From contig CAZWLD010000003.1 of assembly GCA_964634685.1 (NCBI GenBank), forward strand, positions 784-64,783: DNA of 64,000 nucleotides, given 5' to 3'. Positions 1 through 9,773 of the stretch are shown here, piece by piece (within the stretch, counting starts at the first letter, position 1; every line of letters starts with the position of its first letter). The notes beneath the pieces were generated by a model. It was given only the letters and a program-made list of their open reading frames with translations, was not told the DNA's origin and made no database searches. This DNA is from an uncultured Anaeroplasmatales bacterium. GTDB lineage: Bacteria > Bacillota_I > Bacilli_A > Acholeplasmatales > JAEDCM01. A program made the position numbers and the translations under genes.

Positions 1-170
1 CAATAATTGCTTCTTTAATCAGGGATTATTTTTTCATTATAATTATTTCGTTAACCCATATTTTAAGATCTGTATAATTATATTATTTCACATAATATAT
101 ATCCATAATCCACAATCATATTATAAGCATCATTTTTGTATAAAAAAAAGTGGCCAAAAAGCCACTATGC

Positions 171-788
171 TTATTTTATTGATTTAAATAATTCCTCAAG
201 CTCTTGCGCGAAGGATGTTTTTTCCTCATCTGTCATATCTTCATAGATATATTCTCTTGTGACATAGCCTAAAACCTTGCCATTTTTAATCGCAAAAGCG
301 GTCGGAACGTGTAAATTAGGAATTTGTTTACCATCTGATCCTAAAACAAATTCATCATTGACCTTAACATATTCTTCACTAGTATAGCCTAAAGCCTTAA
401 CAATTGTTTCCCACATTAAGGTTTGCTTCTCATCATTGCATTTACGAATATCAAGCTCTTTTGATTTATTATCTAAACGCGTATCAAAATTATAAACGGT
501 CTTAATTCCAACCTTTTTAGCCGCATCATTGATAAATGGAACTGCACATTGACAGTTTGGACACCAGCTTCCACCTAAATAAATAATATAGGCTTCATCA
601 TCGTCACTAATCATCCCTAAAAGCTCAGAATAATTGATTGATTGGAAAACATGATTCTTATCATTTAAATATTTATAATTCTCCATATAATAATTATAGC
701 CTTTCTTTTCATTACTACTACATCCCACTACACCAACACTTAATAAGACAAGCATTATCATAGTAAAGTATTTAAAAATCTTCTTCAT
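171..788 (-). CDS. Thioredoxin-fold lipoprotein
   Basis: Lipoprotein signal ending VVGC; WCPNC (CxxC) motif after a beta-strand (YIIYLGGSWCPNC). Confidence 0.65.
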   Translation of the reverse strand: MKKIFKYFTMIMLVLLSVGVVGCSSNEKKGYNYYMENYKYLNDKNHVFQSINYSELLGMISDDDEAYIIYLGGSWCPNCQCAVPFINDAAKKVGIKTVYNFDTRLDNKSKELDIRKCNDEKQTLMWETIVKALGYTSEEYVKVNDEFVLGSDGKQIPNLHVPTAFAIKNGKVLGYVTREYIYEDMTDEEKTSFAQELEELFKSIK

Positions 789-852
789 TAAATCATCTCC
801 TAAGATTAATTATATCATAAAATAAAAAAATACTATAAAAAAATTAAGATTG

Positions 853-861
853 TGGTACAAT
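853..861 (+). promoter_or_regulatory. Extended -10 promoter element for ansA
   Basis: TG-G-TACAAT at 853-861, upstream of RBS GGAG (877-880). Confidence 0.45.
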
Positions 862-888
862 AATTTATGGAATAATGGAGTGATGAAT

Positions 889-1863
889 ATGAAGCGTGTT
901 CTTGTCATTTTTACCGGAGGAACTATTTCGATGGAGCGATGCACTAATCAAAGTGTTGTTATCTCTAATGGACCAGAAGAGGTCTTAAATTTAATTAACA
1001 ATTCAAAATCAGATATTCAAATTGAATCGAAGGAATTATTTATGAAGCCTTCACCATCAATTACCTTAGATGATATGTTAACAATCGCTAAATTTGTGGA
1101 AGAAAGCCTCAAAGACGATAAATATGATGGTATCGTTATTACGCATGGGACTGATACCCTTGAGGAGACAGCCTATTTTCTTGATTTATATATCAAAAGC
1201 GAAAAGCCGGTTGTCTTAACCGGATCAATGCGTAATATCAGTGAATTAGGCTATGATGGTCCTGCCAACTTAGCTTCTTCGATTTTAGTGGCAGCGAGCA
1301 AATATGCAATGAATAAAGGTGTTCTATTAGTGATGAACGGAGAAATCAACTCCGCCCGGGAGGTTACAAAAACCCACACCGTCGCTTTGGATACCTTCAA
1401 ATCTTTAGAGTTTGGACCACTTGGGGTTGTCGATAGCGATAATGTTATCTTCTATCGAGATATTCATCTAAAGGGTAACCATATTCATCCTGAGCATATT
1501 GAAAAAAATGTTGAAATTGTCAAAGCCTATTCAAATGCCGATTCAAAAATCATCAATTTTCTCGTTTGTGAAGGTGTCAAAGGAATCATCATCGAAGGTC
1601 TTGGGCGTGGCAATGTTCCGCCGATGATGCTCGATGGAATTAAAAATGCCATTTCAAATGATATTCCGGTTATCTTAACAAGCCGTTGTGTTAAAGGACG
1701 CGTTCTTGATACCTATGGCTATCCTGGCGGTGGTCATAATCTAAAGGAGCTTGGCGTTGTCTTTGGGGAAAATCTTAATAGTCAAAAAGCTAGAATCAAA
1801 TTGGTTCTAGCCTTAGGAATATCTAACGATATTGATTATTTAAAAAAAATCTATGAATTGTAG
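889..1863 (+). CDS. ansA: L-asparaginase (type I-like, cytoplasmic)
   Basis: TGGTI and HGTDT catalytic-Thr motifs; start moved to ATG 889 after GGAG. Confidence 0.9.
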   Translation: MKRVLVIFTGGTISMERCTNQSVVISNGPEEVLNLINNSKSDIQIESKELFMKPSPSITLDDMLTIAKFVEESLKDDKYDGIVITHGTDTLEETAYFLDLYIKSEKPVVLTGSMRNISELGYDGPANLASSILVAASKYAMNKGVLLVMNGEINSAREVTKTHTVALDTFKSLEFGPLGVVDSDNVIFYRDIHLKGNHIHPEHIEKNVEIVKAYSNADSKIINFLVCEGVKGIIIEGLGRGNVPPMMLDGIKNAISNDIPVILTSRCVKGRVLDTYGYPGGGHNLKELGVVFGENLNSQKARIKLVLALGISNDIDYLKKIYEL

Positions 1864-1872
1864 TCTGGCTAT

Positions 1873-2727
1873 TTAGCTGGACTTTTTTTTGAGCGTCACA
1901 TTGATTAGCTGATTGTTGCAATTGACGCGCAAATCGATCTCACTAGTTCCTAAGCCCCGCGAAACATACATTACGGTATCGCCTATCTCATATCTTCCAT
2001 CAACGTATTTTGGAAACAAGCCTTGGTTTACCGTAGCTATCGTGCCAATCAGAGGTAATCGTAGCTGTCCACCATGCGCATGGCCGGAAAAAATCAAATC
2101 GATATTGTATTTTTGATAAATATTTATTAATTCAGGTCGATGCGATAATAAAATATTATAGCCATCCAAATCCTTCATTAAATCGTCTAAAACCTCTTCT
2201 GTCTTTCCTTTATTAGGCATAATAAAGAAATCTCTTTCCGTAAAGCAAGGATCATTTAAGCCGATAATATTAATTGTCTTCCCCATATAAGAAATAGTCC
2301 TAACCTCATCTATTAAAACATTAACACTGTATTCCATTAATAAATCATAAAATTCTTCCCTAATATAAGCATTAGATTCGTGATTGCCATTAACAAAATA
2401 GATGGGATAGATTGATATTTCATCCAATAACGCCCTCACATCATCTAAATTATTGGTTTTTTTATCAACCATATCACCGGTAATAAAAATTAAATCGGGA
2501 TTAAATTTTCGAATTTCCTCACCAAGATTGTTATTATCATATAAAAGACCATGGGAATGATAGTCAGATAAATGGGAGATTTTTAAGCCATCAATACTTT
2601 GATTAATTTCCTCATAATTATCAACATCTAGTTTATCACTTGCACAAAGCATCAAGATAAATAAAGAAAACGAGATAAATATGATAAAGCATCCAAAGAC
2701 AATAGAAAAAATTTTAAGCCTTCGCAT
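1873..2727 (-). CDS. Calcineurin-like metallophosphoesterase (YkuE-like) with N-terminal TM helix
   Basis: SDYH, TGDMVD, GNHE, SHRP and GHAHGGQ motifs. Confidence 0.85.
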   Translation of the reverse strand: MRRLKIFSIVFGCFIIFISFSLFILMLCASDKLDVDNYEEINQSIDGLKISHLSDYHSHGLLYDNNNLGEEIRKFNPDLIFITGDMVDKKTNNLDDVRALLDEISIYPIYFVNGNHESNAYIREEFYDLLMEYSVNVLIDEVRTISYMGKTINIIGLNDPCFTERDFFIMPNKGKTEEVLDDLMKDLDGYNILLSHRPELINIYQKYNIDLIFSGHAHGGQLRLPLIGTIATVNQGLFPKYVDGRYEIGDTVMYVSRGLGTSEIDLRVNCNNQLINVTLKKKSS

Positions 2728-3271
2728 AATATCCCTCAATATATTTAATCACCATTTCAATCGCCTTGATAGCCTTATCCTTTGATATCGTTTTATCGCT
2801 AAAACTCGGCAAGTGAACAAATAAAGCTCTATTATGCATTTTGAATAAATCATAATAATAAACGGTATTACAAATATATCCTCCTGCGGATAGGCTAAGA
2901 TAGCATGGAACACTAGAATTAACGAGATCAACCAATTCTTCCACATCCAAATCCGATTCGAGGGCTAAAGGCCCATCAATTATTTTCCCTTTCTTTAACA
3001 AAACGCCATCATTATCACAAATACTAGCCCGCGTATAATTAAGGGCAATCTTTTCAATGCGGACCATTTTATCTAAAACAGCTTGTCCTAGTGACAAAAT
3101 AAAATCGGGTTGATATTTATTAAGAGCCTTCTTTAGCTCTTCCTTTGATCTTTGATATGATACTGGCAAAATAACCTTAGGGTAATCGGTTTTTAATTCC
3201 TCTAAGGTATCTAAGCTTGAATTTATACAGTCTCCTCCAAACGGTTCAAAGGCTGTTAATAAAATCCTCAT
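2714..3271 (-). CDS. pcp: Pyroglutamyl-peptidase I
   Basis: ILLTAFEPFGG N-terminus, RIEKIA, AGGYICN (catalytic Cys) and FVHLP (catalytic His). Confidence 0.85.
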   Translation of the reverse strand: MRILLTAFEPFGGDCINSSLDTLEELKTDYPKVILPVSYQRSKEELKKALNKYQPDFILSLGQAVLDKMVRIEKIALNYTRASICDNDGVLLKKGKIIDGPLALESDLDVEELVDLVNSSVPCYLSLSAGGYICNTVYYYDLFKMHNRALFVHLPSFSDKTISKDKAIKAIEMVIKYIEGYYAKA

Positions 3272-3317
3272 CCAAAACCACTTCCCTAAAATAAATGAGG
3301 TGCTAGGCACCTCAATT

Positions 3318-3851
3318 TTAGTAATTTTCTTTTCTTACTTCAAAATAGCTTTGCTCGTGATTACAAACAGGACAAACAGCAGGAGCCTTCTTTCCCATTA
3401 CTAAATGACCACAGTTACGGCATTCCCACATTGTTTCTTCAGCTTTTTCAAATACTGCTTGCATTTCAACGTTATTTAATAATTTACGATAACGCTCTTC
3501 ATGAGCCTTTTCAATTTTTCCAACAGCTCTGAATTGATAAGCTAAGCGAGTGAAGCCCTCTTCCTCAGCATCCTTTGCGAAACGCTCATACATATCAGTC
3601 CACTCATAGTTTTCACCCTCAGCGGCATGTAATAGGTTAGTCGCAGTATCTCCTAATTCACCTAAAGCCTTGAACCAAAGCTTAGCATGCTCCTTCTCGT
3701 TATTGGCTGTTTCTTCAAAAATAGCCGCGATTTGTTGATAGCCTTCTTTTTTCGCAACACTAGCAAAATAAGTGTATTTATTTCTTGCTTGTGATTCTCC
3801 AGCAAAAGCCTCTAATAAATTTTTTTCAGTTTTACTTCCTTTTAATTCCAT
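3318..3851 (-). CDS. rbr: Rubrerythrin
   Basis: [12 protein letters not shown] and EKAHEERY di-iron motifs; C-terminal CRNCG...CPVC rubredoxin-like domain. Confidence 0.93.
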   Translation of the reverse strand: MELKGSKTEKNLLEAFAGESQARNKYTYFASVAKKEGYQQIAAIFEETANNEKEHAKLWFKALGELGDTATNLLHAAEGENYEWTDMYERFAKDAEEEGFTRLAYQFRAVGKIEKAHEERYRKLLNNVEMQAVFEKAEETMWECRNCGHLVMGKKAPAVCPVCNHEQSYFEVRKENY

Positions 3852-3907
3852 AAAATTACTTCCTCCTTACTAGTTTTATTATACCACGATTTTCTTAAAA
3901 ATGTGCA

Positions 3908-4606
3908 TCACTTTTTTAAATATTTATCGATATAATCAAAAATATCAATAGTTGGGTTAAAAAATTTTTTCTTAAGCATTTCCTTCTTTTTTTCGAAATA
4001 AGGAACCTTCAATTCCTGTTGATACATCATATAGGGGTAGATGTCTTGATTGATTATTCCTCTTTTATAATAGTCTTCCAAATCAAATTTTAAACCATTA
4101 TCACAAGAAATAATCGCAAAATCGGTCGCAATTTCATCATCCATATTCTGATAAATTGTATTCATTATTTTCTTAAAGGTTACATCATCAATCATATCAT
4201 TCACATGGACAAGGCTTAAGCAATCGAGACCAATACTCCTTACAGCCTGGGGAATCTTTTTATCACAAATAAAATTCACAAGCAAGCTGTTGCAGGTTTC
4301 ATCATTATAATAAACATTAGCTAAAGCTCTTTGAATAACCTCAAAAAAGGCATATCCTAAAAGGCTATTTAAATAAATAGGTTCATTATATAATAATTTC
4401 AAAATCAAAGGAAAAAGCCACTCATTTTTCTTACTTGATTCAATTAATATCGATAAAACAACCTCACTACCAAAAAAACCAGGAGTGACTGCATTGATAA
4501 TGACATCCATCATTGAAATGTCATTGTCTAAAATATACCTAACCGCATCCTTAACATCGTTATTATTATCGCTATTTAATAATTTTATAATTTCCTTTTT
4601 TTCCAT
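3908..4606 (-). CDS. Hypothetical all-helical protein, possibly DUF1186-like
   Basis: 232-aa ORF with HEAT-like amphipathic helices; the family resemblance is from memory and weak. Confidence 0.4.
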   Translation of the reverse strand: MEKKEIIKLLNSDNNNDVKDAVRYILDNDISMMDVIINAVTPGFFGSEVVLSILIESSKKNEWLFPLILKLLYNEPIYLNSLLGYAFFEVIQRALANVYYNDETCNSLLVNFICDKKIPQAVRSIGLDCLSLVHVNDMIDDVTFKKIMNTIYQNMDDEIATDFAIISCDNGLKFDLEDYYKRGIINQDIYPYMMYQQELKVPYFEKKKEMLKKKFFNPTIDIFDYIDKYLKK

Positions 4607-4668
4607 TTATCTCACCGAAAGTATTATATATTATTTGTCGATATTTTTCTAGATATGATAAAATAATA

Positions 4669-6276
4669 ATGGTGATAAAATTGAAAAACTTATTAATTGG
4701 TATTAATGCTAAATACATTCATACAAACCTTGCCATTCGATTATTAAAGAAAAATACAACCTATCCTTGTAGTATCATTGAATTCAACATCAAGGATGCA
4801 AAGGAAAAAATTATCAATTACATCAAAGAAGGAAACTACGATACTGTGGGCTTTTCCTGCTATATTTGGAATATTACCTTAGTTAAGGAGGTTATCAAGG
4901 AAATTAGAAATTTACCTTGTAAAATTATATTAGGCGGGCCTGAGGTAAGCTATAACGCTTCCTATTATCTTGATAATAATTTAGCTGATTATGTTATCAA
5001 AAACGAAGGAGAGGAAAGCTACCACTATCTATTAGAATACCTTGATAATAAAAGAACAATCGAAAGTGTTCCTAATTTGTATCATAAAAATGGCTTTACC
5101 TTTGATAAGCTAGTTGATTTAGATAAGATAAAAATGGCTTACGATTTAATTGATGATTATCAATCAAGAATCATCTATGTGGAAACTTCAAGAGGTTGTC
5201 CCTATAAGTGTTCCTATTGTATGGCCTCATTAGATAATAAGGTTCGCTTCTTCAATATTGAGGAAATCAAAAAACAAATTCTCTTTCTGATAAACAAAGG
5301 CACCAAGACCTTTAAATTTCTGGATCGAACCTTTAACGCCAACAAAAAGAACTTTTTATCATTAATTGATTTTATCATTGAAAATCATAAAGAAGGCAAT
5401 TCCTTCCAATTTGAAATAACCGGCGACCTCTTAGATCAAGATGTCATTCAATATATCAATGATAAAGCGCCCAAAAACCTCTTTCGCTTTGAGATTGGAA
5501 TCCAATCAACAAATATCGAAGCGAACCGTCTAGTTGGCCGAATTCAAAATAATGAGAAGCTTTTTTCCAATATAAGACTAATTCAAGATGGTCAAAAAAT
5601 TGATCTACATTTGGATTTGATTGCTGGTCTTCCGAAGGAGGACTATAAATCCTTTGAAAAAACCTTCAATGATGTTTTGTCGCTAAGACCTAAGGAATTG
5701 CAGCTAGGATTTTTGAAGCTTCTCTATGGAACAAAGCTCAAGGATGATGCCGAAAAATTTAATTATCGCTATAGCCAAGACCCACCCTATGAGATTATAT
5801 CAAATGATTCCCTATCAATTGAAGATATTCAAAAAATCCATATTGTCGAAGATGCGTTTGAAACCTATTATAATTCCTCATATATGAAAAAAGCCATTAA
5901 TTTTATTTTAGATAATATCGATAATCCTTATCAATTCTTCTATAATTTTGGGCTTCATCGAAAAAAAGAAAAAGGGCTAGATAAGGTCTTTTTCGAATTA
6001 GACAGCTATTTACAGGATATTAATTTTGAAAAATATGATGAGGCTCATATTCTTCTCTTAGCTGATTATTTTAATTATTTCAATCAAAAGCCGAAGTTTT
6101 GGTGGCATTGTGATAAAGAAAAAAGGACATCACTATTACGAAATGTCCATAATATGAATATCGGTTATAATTTAGACCAATTATATCGCTATGCAAGTAT
6201 TGTCGAGTACAAAAGCACATACATTCTAGCAATCTATTTACCAAACAAAAAAGAAGTATTAATTCTTAATAAGTAA
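4669..6276 (+). CDS. B12-binding-domain radical SAM protein (DUF4080-type C-terminus)
   Basis: N-terminal cobalamin-binding region (FSCYIWN, LGGPEVS) and CPYKCSYC motif; probable TTG start at 4681. Confidence 0.88.
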   Translation: MVIKLKNLLIGINAKYIHTNLAIRLLKKNTTYPCSIIEFNIKDAKEKIINYIKEGNYDTVGFSCYIWNITLVKEVIKEIRNLPCKIILGGPEVSYNASYYLDNNLADYVIKNEGEESYHYLLEYLDNKRTIESVPNLYHKNGFTFDKLVDLDKIKMAYDLIDDYQSRIIYVETSRGCPYKCSYCMASLDNKVRFFNIEEIKKQILFLINKGTKTFKFLDRTFNANKKNFLSLIDFIIENHKEGNSFQFEITGDLLDQDVIQYINDKAPKNLFRFEIGIQSTNIEANRLVGRIQNNEKLFSNIRLIQDGQKIDLHLDLIAGLPKEDYKSFEKTFNDVLSLRPKELQLGFLKLLYGTKLKDDAEKFNYRYSQDPPYEIISNDSLSIEDIQKIHIVEDAFETYYNSSYMKKAINFILDNIDNPYQFFYNFGLHRKKEKGLDKVFFELDSYLQDINFEKYDEAHILLLADYFNYFNQKPKFWWHCDKEKRTSLLRNVHNMNIGYNLDQLYRYASIVEYKSTYILAIYLPNKKEVLILNK

Positions 6277-6699
6277 ATAGGTTTGAATATCATCATCATT
6301 TATTAAAACAAAGCCAATTCTTTTAAGTAACCGACTTGATGCTAGATTTTCTCTAAAGCATCGAGCGGTTATTTTTTTATCCTTTACCTTGTCAACAAAA
6401 GCCTTAACAGATTCATAGGCATATCCTTGATGCCAGTAGCTTGGATTAAATATAAAGCCTAATTCTAATCCATATTCAGAATTTCCATAATAAATACTAC
6501 CAATCATTTTTTCATTCAAACAAACAGCAAAGAATTCTCCGCAAATAGCTCGTACCATCGTTTCTTCCTTGCATTCCTCATAGGTTAAAGTATCGTAAAG
6601 CTCATATTTAACGGCTTCTTCATTGCTTAATATTTCATATAAATCATCACAATCAGAAAATAGATAAGGCCTAATCGTTAAATTTTCGGTTTTAATCAT
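6259..6699 (-). CDS. GNAT N-acetyltransferase (RimJ/RimL family)
   Basis: ELGFIFNPSYWHQGYAYE acetyl-CoA motif and ENLASSRLLKRIGF. Confidence 0.8.
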   Translation of the reverse strand: MIKTENLTIRPYLFSDCDDLYEILSNEEAVKYELYDTLTYEECKEETMVRAICGEFFAVCLNEKMIGSIYYGNSEYGLELGFIFNPSYWHQGYAYESVKAFVDKVKDKKITARCFRENLASSRLLKRIGFVLINDDDIQTYLLIKN

Positions 6700-6802
6700 T
6701 ATATCACCCTTCACCCTATTTTATATCGAGTTTACCCAAAAAGCAACAAAAAGGAATTTAAAGATTCCTCTTAATCTTTAAATTCCTTTAAATGTTTTTG
6801 AT

Positions 6803-7645
6803 TTATTTTTTATTTCTTAAATCAATTTGTGAAGATGAATCACAAGTGATAGCTCCATTATATTTTGTTTTAACATAATCAGCAACTTCTTGTGAAAGGA
6901 TGGCATCAACTAAAGCATCAATTTTTGCACGATATTTTTCATTATTATTATAGTCATCTAATCGAGCAGCAATAATGTTAGCCTTAAGGGCAACTTGAGC
7001 TGGATCATCCTCTTTAGCTACTTGTTCATTTTTAACATTACCAGTGATTGCGGTATTACAAGGAAGACATGCAAAATCATAATCAGGCAAACTGCTTACT
7101 AATAATTCTTCGGCAATTAATGTTACCTTTACACCATTTTCTGATGTCCAAGTAGAACCAGTAAATGTTAATTCAGTTCCTTCTTCATTAACAGGGATTT
7201 CGGTTAAAACACCTTTAGCTTGTAATAATTGGAATGCACGAATAGCATTAGATACATCATTACAAATTTCAAATGATTTTCCGTCAGTTAAGCTTCCAGT
7301 TGCTTTTCCACGATAAATTCCTAGTGGCTCATAATGAACCTTACAAGCAGCGAATAATTTAGTTTTTCCATCATAAGTTTCAAGATATGGAACATGTTGG
7401 AAATAGTTGGCATCATAATCTTTATTCGCAACGCCATCATTTTGCATTGTCCATTCCAAAACAGTGACCTTTAAAGTATAACCCTCTTCTTTTAATAAAT
7501 CCTTAACAACATTATTCAAAATATCAGCATGAGGCAATTTACTTGCGGCAACGCGAATAACCTTATCGTTATTTCCGCAAGCAGCTAATCCTAGTGTTAC
7601 TACACATGTAAATAATAAAACAAATAATAATTTAATTTTTTTCAT
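6803..7645 (-). CDS. metQ: Methionine ABC transporter substrate-binding lipoprotein (MetQ/NlpA)
   Basis: LAAC lipobox, ANYFQHVPYL and VHYEPLGIY motifs; third gene of a T-box-led ABC operon. Confidence 0.88.
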   Translation of the reverse strand: MKKIKLLFVLLFTCVVTLGLAACGNNDKVIRVAASKLPHADILNNVVKDLLKEEGYTLKVTVLEWTMQNDGVANKDYDANYFQHVPYLETYDGKTKLFAACKVHYEPLGIYRGKATGSLTDGKSFEICNDVSNAIRAFQLLQAKGVLTEIPVNEEGTELTFTGSTWTSENGVKVTLIAEELLVSSLPDYDFACLPCNTAITGNVKNEQVAKEDDPAQVALKANIIAARLDDYNNNEKYRAKIDALVDAILSQEVADYVKTKYNGAITCDSSSQIDLRNKK

Positions 7646-8313
7646 TTTAAAACTCTCCTTCTATCTATTTTTTTTGATATATATAATCCAAGCTCTTGAA
7701 TGAGCTGAACTATCGCAATTACTACAATAATTAACACCCAAAAATATATTGATGTTAAATAGCTTCCCGTATTTCCAGCGTAATAATCCCAAATGCCACT
7801 AATCAATCCACCCGCACCAATGTTGTAGGCAAAGGACGTATATCCTAGAATTGAGACAAGGGAAACTGCTAAGCCTGAAACAAGAGATGAGCGGGCTTCT
7901 GGAAGCAGAACCTTATATACTAATTGCCAATTTGAAGCTCCAAGTGATTTCACTGCTTCTAATTCTCCAGCTGGAACCTCAGCTAACGATTGCTCGACCA
8001 TACGAGCTACAAAGCCAAAAGCCGCCACCGATAAAGGAATGATAATTGTTTGCCATTCACCGGTAGCTATTCCAAAGATGGCTCTTGTTACTGGCATACA
8101 CAACAAAACCAAAATCAAGCAAGGAATGGAACGGAGGATATTAACAATCAATCCTACAACCAAATTAACCCACCGATTAGGTCTCAACCCATTTTTTGAA
8201 GTTATATTAAGTAATACACCAATTGGCAAGCCGACTAAATACGCTAGAAAGGTTGAAATAAAGGTCATACCAATTGTAATGAAGGTCATACTTATAATAC
8301 TACTCCAATCCAT
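7642..8313 (-). CDS. metI: Methionine ABC transporter permease
   Basis: NILRSIPCLIL and EAA-like loop (ELEAVKSLGAS); start after GAGGAGG. Confidence 0.88.
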   Translation of the reverse strand: MDWSSIISMTFITIGMTFISTFLAYLVGLPIGVLLNITSKNGLRPNRWVNLVVGLIVNILRSIPCLILVLLCMPVTRAIFGIATGEWQTIIIPLSVAAFGFVARMVEQSLAEVPAGELEAVKSLGASNWQLVYKVLLPEARSSLVSGLAVSLVSILGYTSFAYNIGAGGLISGIWDYYAGNTGSYLTSIYFWVLIIVVIAIVQLIQELGLYISKKIDRRRVLK

Positions 8314-9271
8314 TAGGATCAACCTCCTCATATTTAATGCCCTTTAGCTTAAGGTATTTCTTTAATTTTTCAATATCCTCTTGATAATAAGGAAGCTTGA
8401 AAATCATCTGTCCATAAACCTTTTCATTGACGGTTTTACTATCAGCATAGACAATTGAAACTAAAATATTACAATCCTGAATGATATTACAAATAATTGG
8501 TGAATCAACCTCACCATTAAAGATAAGCTTGATTAATTTATTGTCATTGAGCTTAGTATTTAGATGTCCTGAATAAATAAGCTTCTTGGCAATTTCATTT
8601 TGCGGTGAAAGGAATACATCATACATCAATCCGTTTTCTACAATCCTTGAATTATCAATGATTGCGACCTTATTACAAATAGCTTCAATTACTGACATTT
8701 GATGGGAAATAATGATGATTGTCAATCCTAATTCTTTATTTAATTCCTTTAATAAATTCAAAATTGATTTTGTTGTATCCGGGTCTAAGGCACTAGTTGC
8801 CTCATCACAAAGCAACACCTCAGGCTTTGTCATCAAAGCCCTAGCGATGGCAACTCTTTGTTGTTGGCCTCCGGATAGGGTTGATGGATAGGCATTGAGC
8901 TTATCACCTAAACCAACAAGATTTAACAATCTAATTGCCTCTTCCTTTTTTGATTTATCCTTTATCAACTCACCAGCCAATTCAACATTTTTTAAAACGG
9001 TCCTTTGCTGGAGCAAATTGAATGATTGGAAAATCATCGCTACCTTTCTTCGATAGCTTCGATCAAAGCTTGCAGGCTCTCCATTATATAATAATTCACC
9101 AGAATCAAATTTTTCTAAACCATTAATACATCTAACAAGAGTCGATTTACCAGCTCCAGATAATCCAAGAACGCCGTAAACATCACCAGCCTCAATGCTT
9201 AAATTGATATCAGATAAAACCATATGCTCGCCATAGCTTTTACTGACATTTTTTAATTCAATAAGACTCAT
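8300..9271 (-). CDS. metN: Methionine ABC transporter ATP-binding subunit with NIL domain
   Basis: GLSGAGKST, LSGGQQQRVAIARAL, LLCDEATSALDP and a C-terminal NIL-like domain. Confidence 0.92.
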   Translation of the reverse strand: MSLIELKNVSKSYGEHMVLSDINLSIEAGDVYGVLGLSGAGKSTLVRCINGLEKFDSGELLYNGEPASFDRSYRRKVAMIFQSFNLLQQRTVLKNVELAGELIKDKSKKEEAIRLLNLVGLGDKLNAYPSTLSGGQQQRVAIARALMTKPEVLLCDEATSALDPDTTKSILNLLKELNKELGLTIIIISHQMSVIEAICNKVAIIDNSRIVENGLMYDVFLSPQNEIAKKLIYSGHLNTKLNDNKLIKLIFNGEVDSPIICNIIQDCNILVSIVYADSKTVNEKVYGQMIFKLPYYQEDIEKLKKYLKLKGIKYEEVDPNGLE

Positions 9272-9294
9272 TAAATGCACCTCCTTAAAAATAT

Positions 9295-9565
9295 AAAAAC
9301 TCGCCCCTAATATAAGGACGAGTGTATCTCGTGTTACCACCTTACTTTATTATTATCCTTGCGAATAATAATCTCACTAGCTACTATCATAGCATATCGC
9401 TTTAACGGGCGAACTCGTTATACCCTAATCATATTGACTCGAATATACAACTCCAAGGCCATGTTCAATTAGCTTTCCTATGCTTGCTTTCACCTTTCCA
9501 AGCTCTCTAAAATAGTATTTCTAATTTACTCTTCTCTTCAACGTCTTTAATTGGTTTATTAAATT
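9295..9565 (-). ncRNA. T-box riboswitch, Met specifier
   Basis: Minus strand: stem I AG-bulge/GGTGAAAGC, specifier GAAC-ATG-GCC (ATG at 9462-9460), T-box AAGGTGGTAACACG (9343-9330), then terminator hairpin 9323-9299 and U-run. Confidence 0.88.
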
Positions 9566-9572
9566 TGACTCT

Positions 9573-9601
9573 ATTATAAAAGACTATTTCTCTTTTGTCA
9601 A
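9573..9601 (-). promoter_or_regulatory. Sigma-70/A promoter of the met T-box leader
   Basis: TTGACA (9601-9596), 17 nt, TATAAT (9578-9573). Confidence 0.8.
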
Positions 9602-9710
9602 GACAAATATTTAAAAAAATTTATGATAGCTTTTTCATTTTATTTTTTTGGATAATCTCTTATTTACAATGAATGTATTATTAAATCGATCGAAAAATGT
9701 CTATAAAGAG

Positions 9711-9762
9711 AAAAAAGTCCTACGAGATGTAGGACTCCTGCCCTACGAGATGTAGGACTCCT
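9711..9762 (-). terminator. Tandemly duplicated terminator hairpin after the S8 proteinase
   Basis: CCTACGAGATGTAGGACTCCT at 9719-9739 and 9742-9762; the distal copy forms AGTCCTAC/GTAGGACT followed by a U-run on minus. Confidence 0.75.
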
Positions 9763-9773
9763 TTACAAATCTA

